Shown: piece after piece, positions 1-9,589 of the stretch | How the letters are laid out: every line of letters starts with the position of its first letter | How positions within the stretch are numbered: position 1 is the stretch's first letter | Origin: an uncultured Flavobacteriales bacterium | Lineage (GTDB): Bacteria; Bacteroidota; Bacteroidia; Flavobacteriales; BACL11 | Direction: 5' to 3' | Length of the DNA: 64,000 nt | Assembly: GCA_905478765.1 (NCBI GenBank) | Contig: CAJQJY010000012.1 | Location: forward strand, 66,540-130,539 | Made by a program: the position numbers and the translations under genes | Notes under the pieces: model-generated | What the model saw: only the letters and a program-made list of their open reading frames with translations | What the model was told of the DNA's origin: nothing | Database searches by the model: none

Positions 1-528
1 TTCTTTAATTGACATTCCGTTATATTTAATAATTGATGGAGTTGCTAACTCAAAATCATCAAAACCACCATCATCTCTTTTGGCAGGGAAAATTGATGCA
101 TCATTCTCAATTCCTAATTCATTCAATACCTCAAAAGCCCAAACATTTTCCTTTTTAATTGAGAATGCTGGAGCCCTATAAGATATTACCTTTTCCCCAG
201 TTATATTCTCTATACTACGCATGCAATCTGATAAATCCAACTTGAATTCTTTTCTACTTTGATTAAATGCCGCTTTATGCATATCAGAATGAGCAGCAAC
301 TTCAAAGCCCAAATCATGTATTCTTTTAATAATTTCAGGATGTTTTCTAGCAATATACCCAACAACAAAAAATGTAGCCTTTATATCATTATCCAACAAC
401 ACCTGTAATATTTTATCCATTCCTTTATGAATACGAACTTCATAATTATCCCATTTATCTAATATATCTGCAGGATATTTATGAATAATATGAAACCAAT
501 CTTCTATGTCAAAAGTTAGTATTCTCAT
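1..528 (-). CDS. Polysaccharide deacetylase (CE4/NodB-like, DUF3473-associated type), C-terminal part runs off the window edge
   Basis: Not in the ORF track. Hand translation from ATG at 528: MRILTFDIEDWFHII...KATFFVVGYIARKHPE...EVAAHSDMH...YRAPAFSI, with the TFDxED, HxxxH and YRAP motifs. Start overlaps the upstream stop (TAATG). Confidence 0.9.
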   Translation of the reverse strand, partial: MRILTFDIEDWFHIIHKYPADILDKWDNYEVRIHKGMDKILQVLLDNDIKATFFVVGYIARKHPEIIKRIHDLGFEVAAHSDMHKAAFNQSRKEFKLDLSDCMRSIENITGEKVISYRAPAFSIKKENVWAFEVLNELGIENDASIFPAKRDDGGFDDFELATPSIIKYNGMSIKE

Positions 529-1292
529 TAGAAAAATTTCTTCTTTCGTTTCTTAAATATAGCCACATCTTCTTTTTTAGGGAAACTAAAATAAGTATGA
601 TCCTCATTATTATTTTCTAATGTTTCTACATTGCCAATATCAATTATTTCAACAGCCTCAACAATTAATTTCATGCCAATCATCTTTGTATGTTTAATTA
701 GTTCTTCTTGAGTTCTATTTCCAAGCTCAACTTTCTTCTGTACTATAATAGGGCCTGTATCAATTCCTTCATTCACATAAAACACTGATACTCCAGTATA
801 TTTTTCGTCATTTTTCATCACCCAGAAAGTCGGCATTAAACCTCTGTACTTTGGCAATAATGCTGTATGAAGATTAATACATCCTTTTGGGGCTAGATTA
901 ATTATCTCATTCTTAAAAATTTGATTGCCTAATATTGAAATTAACAAGTCTGGTTTATATGATTTTATTATTTCAATTGACTCTTTATTATTTATTGATT
1001 TATCTAATAATATCTTTTCTATATTATTTATTCTTAAAAATGAATCAAGTGAGTTAGAACTATTAATAATGGCTAAAATAAACTTTAATGAGTAATATAG
1101 GAAGAATCCAATACCAAAAATATTTAACGTCTGTAATGCTTTTTTTAAAAAACTTTCTTGTTTTCCAAAAGGAGAAACAGAACTTACTACACATCCAACA
1201 ATTTGGTGTTTTTCTGGCAATAAATTAATAAATTGTTGTAAGCTTCTTGCTAAATAAAAAGGTTCATCTTGTGTTATAATGACTATTCTCAT
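528..1292 (-). CDS. Formyltransferase (N10-formyl-THF dependent), probably a sugar/glycan N-formyltransferase
   Basis: INLHTALLPKYRG and DTGPII motifs. 254 aa, lacks the C-terminal tRNA-binding domain of true Fmt. Lies in a glycan cluster. Confidence 0.85.
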   Translation of the reverse strand: MRIVIITQDEPFYLARSLQQFINLLPEKHQIVGCVVSSVSPFGKQESFLKKALQTLNIFGIGFFLYYSLKFILAIINSSNSLDSFLRINNIEKILLDKSINNKESIEIIKSYKPDLLISILGNQIFKNEIINLAPKGCINLHTALLPKYRGLMPTFWVMKNDEKYTGVSVFYVNEGIDTGPIIVQKKVELGNRTQEELIKHTKMIGMKLIVEAVEIIDIGNVETLENNNEDHTYFSFPKKEDVAIFKKRKKKFF

Positions 1293-2380
1293 CTAGATAT
1301 TTTTTCTATTAAATCAATATATTGATTTGTAATATTTTGATGAGAATAGTCATTATCAATTTTAATACTATTATTTGATATTTTCTCTTTTTTAGATTTC
1401 TCTATATCTTTTAAACAATTAAGAAGCTGTTGTACCTCATTAGAATTATTAAAGTAGAATGCATTGTCCTCAAGAACATCTCTATTAAATACATTGTTAT
1501 GTGCAAAAATAAATGCTTGTGCTGCCATTGCCTCTAATAAGGCTGGATTAGTTCCACCAACTGAATGTCCATGAAAATATACTTTTGCGAATTTTCTTAA
1601 ACTATCTAAATGTTCTTTATTAAAAACACTACCTAAAAACACAATATTTCCTTGAATATATTTATCCTGCAAATATTTTCCATAAGATGTTTCTGTATTT
1701 CCAACAACTAAAAAGCTAATAGGAGATTCACTAATTAAAAACCCATCAAGAATCATTTCAATATTATTTTCAGGCTCTAACCTTGCTATTAATAAGAAGT
1801 ATTCCTCAATTTTAACGTTATATTTAGTTAAGAGCTCTTTTGTTGGATTAACCTTATCGGCACCATAAGGAATCATTACAGATTCTTTATTATATTTTTG
1901 TTTGATATAATCTTGGATTCCTTTATTATCTGAGATTAGGAAAGTTGATTTTTTTGAAGCAATTTTCTCAAACCATTTTGTAAGTTTTTTTACATAAGGA
2001 GACCATTTAGCTCTTTTCCATTCAAGACCATCCATATTGGTTACTATAACAGATTTTTTTATTGGTAATAATACAAATGAAATAGCAACACTTTGGTATC
2101 CAAACTCAAATATAACATCAAATTCTTTTTTCAACGCATCTTTTAAACAAATGAAATCATAAATAAAATGTGCTGCTGATCCAATATTATTTTCAGGGCA
2201 GTATTTCTTTATTATATTAACACCTTTAAATATTTTAGATTGATAAGGATGAGAGTCAGTAGAATAAACTGTAACATCATACCCGTTTTCAACAAGGCTT
2301 ACAGAGAGATTTTCCGCACATTGCTCAAATCCACCATAATTATTTGGGATACCTCTAGTACCTAAAATCGCAATTTTCAT
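1289..2380 (-). CDS. Glycosyltransferase family 4 (DUF1972 N-terminal type)
   Basis: MKIAILGTRGIPNNYGGFE N-terminus; ARLEPENN; HGHSVGGTNPALLEAM (GT-B E-x7-E-like region). Confidence 0.92.
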   Translation of the reverse strand: MKIAILGTRGIPNNYGGFEQCAENLSVSLVENGYDVTVYSTDSHPYQSKIFKGVNIIKKYCPENNIGSAAHFIYDFICLKDALKKEFDVIFEFGYQSVAISFVLLPIKKSVIVTNMDGLEWKRAKWSPYVKKLTKWFEKIASKKSTFLISDNKGIQDYIKQKYNKESVMIPYGADKVNPTKELLTKYNVKIEEYFLLIARLEPENNIEMILDGFLISESPISFLVVGNTETSYGKYLQDKYIQGNIVFLGSVFNKEHLDSLRKFAKVYFHGHSVGGTNPALLEAMAAQAFIFAHNNVFNRDVLEDNAFYFNNSNEVQQLLNCLKDIEKSKKEKISNNSIKIDNDYSHQNITNQYIDLIEKISR

Positions 2381-2399
2381 ACTTTTCGTTTATGAATAG

Positions 2400-2407
2400 C
2401 AAATATA
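2400..2407 (-). promoter_or_regulatory. Bacteroidota sigma-A -7 element (TATATTTG) for the GT4-formyltransferase-deacetylase operon
   Basis: Exact TAnnTTTG match about 20 nt upstream of the ATG. Confidence 0.6.
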
Positions 2408-2614
2408 CCAAATACAAGCTTTAGTATAAACTAACAATTAATTTAATTGTATTTTATCCTAAAATTAAAAATCAAATTAATTAGTAGTAGATAAATTATT
2501 AACTAAAATTTAGATATTTATACTCATCATCTCTAGTAATAATCAGTATAAAATTAACAATTTTTTGTTAACATCTTGTAAAACTGACACTTATAAGTAT
2601 ATAGAAACTGTGCA

Positions 2615-2622
2615 TATATTTG
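2615..2622 (+). promoter_or_regulatory. Orphan -7 element (TATATTTG) with no downstream ORF
   Basis: Exact TAnnTTTG match. The next + strand feature is a terminator about 55 nt downstream. No canonical -33 TTTG seen. Confidence 0.4.
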
Positions 2623-2627
2623 AAGTG

Positions 2628-2708
2628 TCGTAATACTTGTTTTGGGTTGTATTAATCTAACCACTTTATACAACATAAAAAAGCCTTCATAATTATGAGG
2701 GCTTTTTT
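2628..2708 (+). ncRNA. Candidate ~80-nt small RNA
   Basis: Promoter motif at 2615-2622, internal hairpin GTTGTAT(2646-2652)/ATACAAC(2668-2674), terminator with U-tract ending at 2708, no ORF. Confidence 0.3.
2677..2708. terminator. Bidirectional intrinsic terminator downstream of porP
   Basis: AAAAAAGCCTTCAT-aatt-ATGAGGGCTTTTTT, 14-bp stem with one G-U pair, A/T tracts on both sides. Confidence 0.85.
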
Positions 2709-2727
2709 CTTGTAAACATTATTCTAA

Positions 2728-3642
2728 CTAATGAGGGAATTTTATTCCTAACATAAACTCATGTGAACCTGATTGATAGGCACTAGTCTCTATTGAAGGT
2801 AGGCCATAAGAATATCCAAAATTAAATCTATCATTGATATTATAACCTAGCAATGCAGACATCATAGAAAGGTCATTATTCATTTTATAATTCATTCCTA
2901 GCCAAAACATTTCTTTATATCCTGTTTTAACTCCAAAATCAATTTGTGTTTTAGCCCCAGCCACTGACTTTAAAAAGAAAGTTGGTTCAATAGTAATTCC
3001 AGAATTTAAGGAATGCTCATAAGAACCTAGAATATATATATGACTCGCTAACTTACCACTCTGACTTGTTGTATCATATATTCTTGCAAAATCATCATCC
3101 ATTAATTGTAATTCTGAACTCAATAATTGCGGAACTGCCATACCTAAATACCATTTATTACCACTGAAATTAACACCAAATGTTGCATCTGGTAAAGATC
3201 TTACAACATCTCCTCCTTTCATTAATGGGTCATTTTGATCTTCTATTGAAATACCCTCTTTAATTATTTTAAATTGAGTAAACCCTCCAGAAAGTGCTAA
3301 TGCTAAATTAATTGACTGAGTAATAGGCATCGAATATGTATAAGACATTGATCCTCCTGCTCTACTTGTTGGTCCAGTAACATCATTGAAAACTGTACCT
3401 CCTAAACCTACATTTCTACTATGCTTACCATAAATACTCATGATAGTAGTCCTTGGCCCATCATTCATCCCTTGCCATTGGTTTCTGATAGTAGTATTCA
3501 CTTGATAATAATCATACATGCCAGCAACAGCAGGATTAATTGCATAATTATTTAACATATATTGAGTAATTTGAGGAAGCTGTTGTGCTTTTAAAACCCC
3601 TCCAAAGGAAATTACAAATAGTAAAATTGATATTTTTTTCAT
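2728..3642 (-). CDS. Type IX secretion system membrane protein, PorP/SprF family
   Basis: Signal peptide ending LKA-QQLPQITQYMLNNYAINPAVAG; RNQWQG; C-terminal GSHEFMLG beta-strand. Start moved to MKKISILL at 3642 (3657 is an alternative). Confidence 0.93.
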   Translation of the reverse strand: MKKISILLFVISFGGVLKAQQLPQITQYMLNNYAINPAVAGMYDYYQVNTTIRNQWQGMNDGPRTTIMSIYGKHSRNVGLGGTVFNDVTGPTSRAGGSMSYTYSMPITQSINLALALSGGFTQFKIIKEGISIEDQNDPLMKGGDVVRSLPDATFGVNFSGNKWYLGMAVPQLLSSELQLMDDDFARIYDTTSQSGKLASHIYILGSYEHSLNSGITIEPTFFLKSVAGAKTQIDFGVKTGYKEMFWLGMNYKMNNDLSMMSALLGYNINDRFNFGYSYGLPSIETSAYQSGSHEFMLGIKFPH

Positions 3643-3658
3643 TTTTATAATTTTCATA

Positions 3659-6600
3659 TTATCTGATAATTGTAATAGGTCCTGATTGTGGCTCATCACC
3701 AGTATTTAGATCTATAATATAATAGTAAGTTCCAACTGGGAGCTCGGCGCCTTCATTATTTCCGTCCCAAGGCTGGTAGCTTGCACCACCTGTAGATTCA
3801 AATACTAAACCACCCCATCTATTAAATACTTGTACTAATGCGTTTTCATATGATTCAATATCTAATGGTGTCCAAGTATCATTAAATCCATCATTATTTG
3901 GTGTAATTGCTTCATAAGGTTTTACGCCAACTACAACATAAATAGAATCATAACCTAAACAGCCATTAAAGTCTTCAACTCGTAAATAGTACCATCCAGA
4001 ATTAGCTGGTGAATCAGTAATCTCACCAGAGACACTTATAACTGTATCTTTATACCAAAACCAAGAATATTCTTCAATATCATCATTATTTGAAAATAAA
4101 TCTATTGGATCTCCTGCCAAAACTACAGGGAAATTTCCGTATTCAACACCTGGATCTGAAGCTGGCTCAGGATCAACAGCAGCAGAATAGGTTACTACTA
4201 CCTCTACATCCTGTGAGCAATTAGTATTATCTTGAATTGTTAATGTATAAGTAGTTGTCATTGTTTGTCCAAATGCTAAAATAGTATCCTTATAAATATT
4301 TCTATCTCCGGTTGTAACTCCATCACTCCAAGTATAATTCAATCCATCTCTTTCGTCTATATTTATAACAATGTCTTGTCCTAAACAAATTGTATCCAGT
4401 TCTACAACATCTAAGAAGCCTGGCATGAAAACATTTTGATATCCAGTTACAAAGATCTCTTGTGAGATTTCACAATCATTATCATCAATTAATGTTACCG
4501 TATATGCAGTATTTGCACCAGCAACTAAATTTTGAGTTGAATTATTTACAGGGCCGCTTCCCGTTCCCCAATCATATAAATATGGTGGAGTCCCCCCGAC
4601 GGGGTATACAGTTGCAAATGCACTAATATTACATGCTTCATCATAGTAATCAATTGACATCTCTAAACCATCAGATGGCTCAGTAATTGAAACTGATTCT
4701 GATATTACAGAACATCCATTTAAATCTACGACCTTTAGTGTATAGAATCCTGGTGCAAGTCCATTTATCTCTGCATTCATATCATTATCAACCATTACAG
4801 TAGAAATTATTGCTCCACTTTCATTCAGCCACGTATATTCATATTGTGGAGGGATACCTAAGAAAGGTGTGCCTCCATTTGCAAGTGCCTCAATAGAACC
4901 TGTACCTCCTGCAAAACAATCAATATCAATATCTGTTATTGTTACTTGTAACGAATCTGGCTGGTATAAATATATTTCAGCAGTATCTTTACAGCCATTA
5001 GCATCTTCAACCTCAACAATATAAGACCCAACGTCTAGTCCGGAAATCTGCGAAGTAATATTATTTGTATTTAAATCTGTAAATCCACTAGACCATGTAT
5101 AATTATATACTGGGGTTCCACCTAAAATTGTTGCTTTTATCTTACCATCAGCTTCTCCAAAACAAGAAATTGCATCAATTATTTCTGATTGAACAATTAA
5201 TTCATTATTTTGAGTTATGCTTACAGTATCTATCAACTCACATCCTTGAGCATCAGTAATAACACAAATATATTCTGCCGTATTACTAGTACTATCTGCA
5301 CAAAGCCCAACTGCAGGGTTTGTAGCTTGATTTAAGTAATCATTCCATTGATAATTATAAAGAGTTGATCCTGTAAATTGAATTCCACCACTAACATTAA
5401 GCATAATTTCTCCATCACATTCTCCATAACAACCAACATTAGTTACACTTGCATTAGAAACACTCAATGCATTATTAGCATTAATTGTAACTGTCTCATC
5501 ATTAATACATCCATGAACATCTGTAACTTCAATATTATAATTACCTGCTGATAATCCATCTATAGAATATGTAGTCGCTCCAATATCCCACAAATATGTA
5601 TAAGATGTTGAAGTGCCTACGCCTCCAGAAACAAGTGCAGTTACAGCACCATCACTCCAGGCTATACAACTAACATGTGTAGGTAAAAATGAAATATCAA
5701 TATTAGCTGGCTCATTATACATAATAGTTTCTGTGTGAGCACAGCCATTAGCATCCTCTACAATAAAAGTATGATTTCCAGCATCTAATCCGGTAATCTG
5801 TGAAGCAGATCCAAAAATAGTATCTGTATTATAAATTGTATAATAAGGCAATGTTCCTCCAGATGCAGCTACATCTAAATATCCTGAATTCCCACCATTA
5901 CATAATACTTGATAATTATTCCAATCAGATGGCGTTAATACGGCATTTAAAAGTGTTGGTTCAGTTATATATATTTGATCAGATGTAGCGCAAGTAATAC
6001 CATTTACTCCATTATTGATATCAAAAATTTCTACTGTATGCCACCCAGGTTCTAAAGCATTAAATAGTGGGTAAGACTGGAAGATTACTCCATTAATTGA
6101 ATATTCAAAAGGAGCTGTTCCTCCTGTAAATATAATATCTTGTATTGCACCATCATCTTCTCCAAAACAGCTAATATTTGTAAATACTGTACTGTCAATC
6201 ACTAGCTGATCAGGATAAGTTAATGGAATAATAGAATCTGCATAACAACCATTAGCATCAATTGCCCAAATATTATATGAACCTGGAGATAAAGTGCTAA
6301 AAACAGGGTTAATTTGAATGTTTAAGCCTCCAGTATTAGAGTATGAGTATGGTGATTGACCTCCACTTGATAAAATTTCGATTTGAGCATCATTAATTCC
6401 AAAGCAAGAGTTTTCAATAATAATTATTGAATCTATCCGAATTGGATTAGCTGGTGTGTTAACATCTAAAACTCCTGTTACTTGACAAGTTGTGGCATCT
6501 TCAACAACTACAGAATAAGTACCCACAGGAATGCTATCAATAGTTGCTAAAGTGGCCCCTATGATTGAATCTCCATTTACATCAAACCATTGGTAAGTAT

Positions 6601-8989
6601 AAGGAGATGTTCCTGTTGCAAAAACTGTTGCTGAACCACTATTTGGCCCCAAACAAGGTTCAATAGTTGTAAATGATACTGTAAAGCCTAAATCAGTACC
6701 TACATTAATATCTACAGTCTCGTGACATCCATTAGCATCATTAAATACACATTGATATACACCTGCAATAAGGTTAGTAGCTGAAGCTGTTGTTTGTCCA
6801 TCATTCCATAGATAAGAATATCCTCCTGTACCCCCAGAAATAACATTAATTGAAGCTGAGCCATTAGATTGCAGACAGTATTCATCTGTTGATGTAAGTG
6901 GCGTATAAACAAAATCAGCTGGTTCAGATAAGCTTACAGTTTCTTGAGCAATACAACCATTATCATCTGTTGCGTCAATTACGTAAGGAGTTGGATTTGT
7001 TATAGTTCCACACAAGCCAGAGTATGAAGGAGTAGTTTGTTGCACCCCGGCATCTAAAGTATAAACTACTTGTCCTACTGCATTAGTAGGATTAATTGCA
7101 ACAGCTCCATTGCAATCTTCAAAACAATTAATAGGGTTTGTTACAGTAGCCGGAATAGTAAAAATTCCCGGCTCAACTAACACAACTGTAATAGATTCAA
7201 TACAAAAGTTTGAATCTCTAATTATTAAATCATATGAACCTGCAACTAATGAAGTAAAAAATGATGTTGAGGAATAATTCGAACCATTATCAATTGAATA
7301 CTCTAAAGGTGCAGTCCCACCAAATGGTATACCAAAATCGATAGACCCATCAGCCGCTCCATTACAAGTGATTTCATATCCATTATTATTGCTCAGAACA
7401 AGTGAATAAATAATTTGTGCTGGTTCTGCTAAATAAATAGATGATGTGTATTGACATCCATTATTGTCTTCTATCATTACGTTATAAGTAATATTACCAG
7501 AAAGATTACTAAATACATTTGATGACTGATAATTGCTTCCATTATCAATTGAATATTGATATGAAGGTATACCAGGTTGAGTTACATCAACATCAAAAGT
7601 AATTTCTCCAGTACTTGCTCCAAAACAATCTACAACTTGAGTAATATTAGCAATTCCTGATAAATTGGGAGGCTCATTCAATATCAGTTGCTCTGTTGCA
7701 ATACATCCATTTGCATCTTTATATGTAATAGTATAAGTTCCTGCAGATAAACCGGGGAAAAGAGCATTAGACTGAAAATTAATTCCATCAATTGAGTATG
7801 TAAAAATTCCTGTACCCCCACTAGCACTTGCTGTAATTGATCCATCATTTGCACCATTACAAGAAACATGATATCCATTCAAATTAAACACTGAAACAGA
7901 ACCTGCCGGTAGAATTGGAGAAATTGAGGAAATATTAAAAGTTGTTGTTGACGGTGTTGTTGAGCAGCCATTTGCATCAGTAACGACAATATCATATTGC
8001 CCTGCACAAAGCCCTGTAAAAGAATATGTAGAATCACCAGCAGGCAAATTTATTGAAGTTGCTCCATTTAAAGAAAAACTAAAAGGGCCTGTACCTCCGC
8101 TAATTGTTAAATCTTCAGACGCTACACATTCACCTGTACATTGATTACTAGCAACAATACTTGTAGTTGCTACAAGTTGAGCCGGTTCAGAAAAATTAAT
8201 TGAGCAAAACTCATCATATACACCTACCGTACTTGTCCCACTAGCACTACCTCCAGATGCATTAGCATTTGCAGAATAGTACGCAGCAGAATCTACTATT
8301 CGAATACAATAATCAATATTCGGATTAAACCCTTGTAAATTTAAACTTGTCGTTGTAGTCTGATTTGTAGAAAGGTAGGAAAGAAAATAACCACTACTAA
8401 ATAATTGTCCTACAACACATGAATATACAGTTGCTGTAGCTGTCTGATTCACATCAATTTGCATTTCATCTGTAGTAAAGCCACCATTACATAAAATTGG
8501 TTGTGAAATAAATGCAGTAGCTATTGTGGGGATTATGCAAGACCCGTCATCACATCCTGCTGATAGGTCATAATTTACAGCACTAGTATTTGTACAGCCT
8601 GGCATGGTACAAGAGCCATCATCTGTAGTAGCCGTTGCGTCATAATTACATGCTAAAGCATCTGTACAGCCCGTAACTGCTGTGGAAAAACTCTGTATAG
8701 AAGACCAATTGTTTGTGCCTGAACATTTTACTCTCCACTCGTAAGTAGTATTAAGATTTAAAGCAGTCAATGAAGTAGGAGATATAGCCGGATTAACAGC
8801 TGTGCCGGGCCAGGTCGTCCCAAGTACTTTATAATGTAAAGTTACATTGCCACCACAAGCAGATGCATCCCAATTTAAATCTGCACTAGTAGCTAAAATA
8901 TTTGTAGTTGATAGATTTATAGGTTGAGCAAACAACTGAGTAGTTAAACTCAAAAAAATGACACAAGTAAAAAGTAATATCTTCTTCAT
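3659..8989 (-). CDS. Large SprB-repeat surface adhesin with gliding-motility-associated (T9SS type B) C-terminal domain
   Basis: Signal peptide ...LFA-Q; FN3-like N-domain; two GCT(D/N)..A.NY...DDGSC repeats; about 16 C-x-G..DG.I...GGT.PY SprB-like repeats; CTD ITPNNDGFNDTW...VFNRWG...WDG...GTYYY...ITIIR. Confidence 0.9.
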   Translation of the reverse strand: MKKILLFTCVIFLSLTTQLFAQPINLSTTNILATSADLNWDASACGGNVTLHYKVLGTTWPGTAVNPAISPTSLTALNLNTTYEWRVKCSGTNNWSSIQSFSTAVTGCTDALACNYDATATTDDGSCTMPGCTNTSAVNYDLSAGCDDGSCIIPTIATAFISQPILCNGGFTTDEMQIDVNQTATATVYSCVVGQLFSSGYFLSYLSTNQTTTTSLNLQGFNPNIDYCIRIVDSAAYYSANANASGGSASGTSTVGVYDEFCSINFSEPAQLVATTSIVASNQCTGECVASEDLTISGGTGPFSFSLNGATSINLPAGDSTYSFTGLCAGQYDIVVTDANGCSTTPSTTTFNISSISPILPAGSVSVFNLNGYHVSCNGANDGSITASASGGTGIFTYSIDGINFQSNALFPGLSAGTYTITYKDANGCIATEQLILNEPPNLSGIANITQVVDCFGASTGEITFDVDVTQPGIPSYQYSIDNGSNYQSSNVFSNLSGNITYNVMIEDNNGCQYTSSIYLAEPAQIIYSLVLSNNNGYEITCNGAADGSIDFGIPFGGTAPLEYSIDNGSNYSSTSFFTSLVAGSYDLIIRDSNFCIESITVVLVEPGIFTIPATVTNPINCFEDCNGAVAINPTNAVGQVVYTLDAGVQQTTPSYSGLCGTITNPTPYVIDATDDNGCIAQETVSLSEPADFVYTPLTSTDEYCLQSNGSASINVISGGTGGYSYLWNDGQTTASATNLIAGVYQCVFNDANGCHETVDINVGTDLGFTVSFTTIEPCLGPNSGSATVFATGTSPYTYQWFDVNGDSIIGATLATIDSIPVGTYSVVVEDATTCQVTGVLDVNTPANPIRIDSIIIIENSCFGINDAQIEILSSGGQSPYSYSNTGGLNIQINPVFSTLSPGSYNIWAIDANGCYADSIIPLTYPDQLVIDSTVFTNISCFGEDDGAIQDIIFTGGTAPFEYSINGVIFQSYPLFNALEPGWHTVEIFDINNGVNGITCATSDQIYITEPTLLNAVLTPSDWNNYQVLCNGGNSGYLDVAASGGTLPYYTIYNTDTIFGSASQITGLDAGNHTFIVEDANGCAHTETIMYNEPANIDISFLPTHVSCIAWSDGAVTALVSGGVGTSTSYTYLWDIGATTYSIDGLSAGNYNIEVTDVHGCINDETVTINANNALSVSNASVTNVGCYGECDGEIMLNVSGGIQFTGSTLYNYQWNDYLNQATNPAVGLCADSTSNTAEYICVITDAQGCELIDTVSITQNNELIVQSEIIDAISCFGEADGKIKATILGGTPVYNYTWSSGFTDLNTNNITSQISGLDVGSYIVEVEDANGCKDTAEIYLYQPDSLQVTITDIDIDCFAGGTGSIEALANGGTPFLGIPPQYEYTWLNESGAIISTVMVDNDMNAEINGLAPGFYTLKVVDLNGCSVISESVSITEPSDGLEMSIDYYDEACNISAFATVYPVGGTPPYLYDWGTGSGPVNNSTQNLVAGANTAYTVTLIDDNDCEISQEIFVTGYQNVFMPGFLDVVELDTICLGQDIVINIDERDGLNYTWSDGVTTGDRNIYKDTILAFGQTMTTTYTLTIQDNTNCSQDVEVVVTYSAAVDPEPASDPGVEYGNFPVVLAGDPIDLFSNNDDIEEYSWFWYKDTVISVSGEITDSPANSGWYYLRVEDFNGCLGYDSIYVVVGVKPYEAITPNNDGFNDTWTPLDIESYENALVQVFNRWGGLVFESTGGASYQPWDGNNEGAELPVGTYYYIIDLNTGDEPQSGPITIIR

Positions 8990-9082
8990 ATTATTAAAAA
9001 TATTTATAATCTTTTATTAAGCTCGCAAGATACAAATTTTTTAAACACTTCACTATAAATATTTTCTTCAAAAAATTGAAGT

Positions 9083-9108
9083 AAAAAAAAGAGGTGAATA
9101 TCACCTCT
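9083..9108 (-). terminator. Intrinsic terminator of the bacilliredoxin gene
   Basis: On the minus strand AGAGGTGA-tat-TCACCTCT followed by a T run. Confidence 0.8.
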
Positions 9109-9135
9109 AAATTAAGCAAAAATTAAGCAAAAATT
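9109..9135. repeat. Short tandem repeat AAATTAAGCAA x2 plus partial third copy
   Basis: Units at 9109-9119 and 9120-9130, then AAATT. Confidence 0.8.
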
Positions 9136-9136
9136 C

Positions 9137-9553
9137 TTAGCAGATTTGATCAAAACAATCTTTAATATTTTCAGCAATCATTTCAGCTGAACGACCTTCA
9201 ATATGATGACGTTCAATAAAATGGACTAGTTTCCCGTCTTTAAAAACTGCAATTGCTGGTGATGATGGGGGAAATGGAGCCATATATTCTCTTGCTTTAG
9301 CAACAGCACCAATATCTTGCCCTGCAAATACAGTAGCAAAAGTATCTACTTTCTTCTCAAATTTAGTTGTCATTTTTACGGCTGGCCTAGCGTTTCCTGC
9401 TGCACAACCACATACTGAATTTACCATAACTAATACAGTTCCTACTTTTTTATCAAGTAAATCCGATACTGCTTCAGGAGTTTTTAATTCTACAAAACCT
9501 GCTGATGTTAAATCGGCACGCATAGGCGCACACATTTCTTCTGGGTAATTCAT
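9137..9553 (-). CDS. Bacilliredoxin, BrxA/BrxB (YphP) family
   Basis: MYPEE..APMR-type N-terminus; NSVCGCAAGNARP with the CGC motif; VFAGQD; PPSSPAIAVFKDG; ERHHIEGR. Own -7 element TATTTTTG at 9575-9582. Confidence 0.93.
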   Translation of the reverse strand: MNYPEEMCAPMRADLTSAGFVELKTPEAVSDLLDKKVGTVLVMVNSVCGCAAGNARPAVKMTTKFEKKVDTFATVFAGQDIGAVAKAREYMAPFPPSSPAIAVFKDGKLVHFIERHHIEGRSAEMIAENIKDCFDQIC

Positions 9554-9589
9554 AATTTTATATTTTTATTAGCGCAAAAATACGCTTAT

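Noticed and set aside
6712-7878. Two short alternative-frame ORFs inside the adhesin
   Set aside because: Met/Leu/Gln-rich out-of-frame by-products of repeat codon usage; no family motifs.
9109-9135. 11-bp tandem repeat as a regulatory or mobile-element scar
   Set aside because: Only about 2.5 copies in a 3' UTR; best explained by replication slippage.
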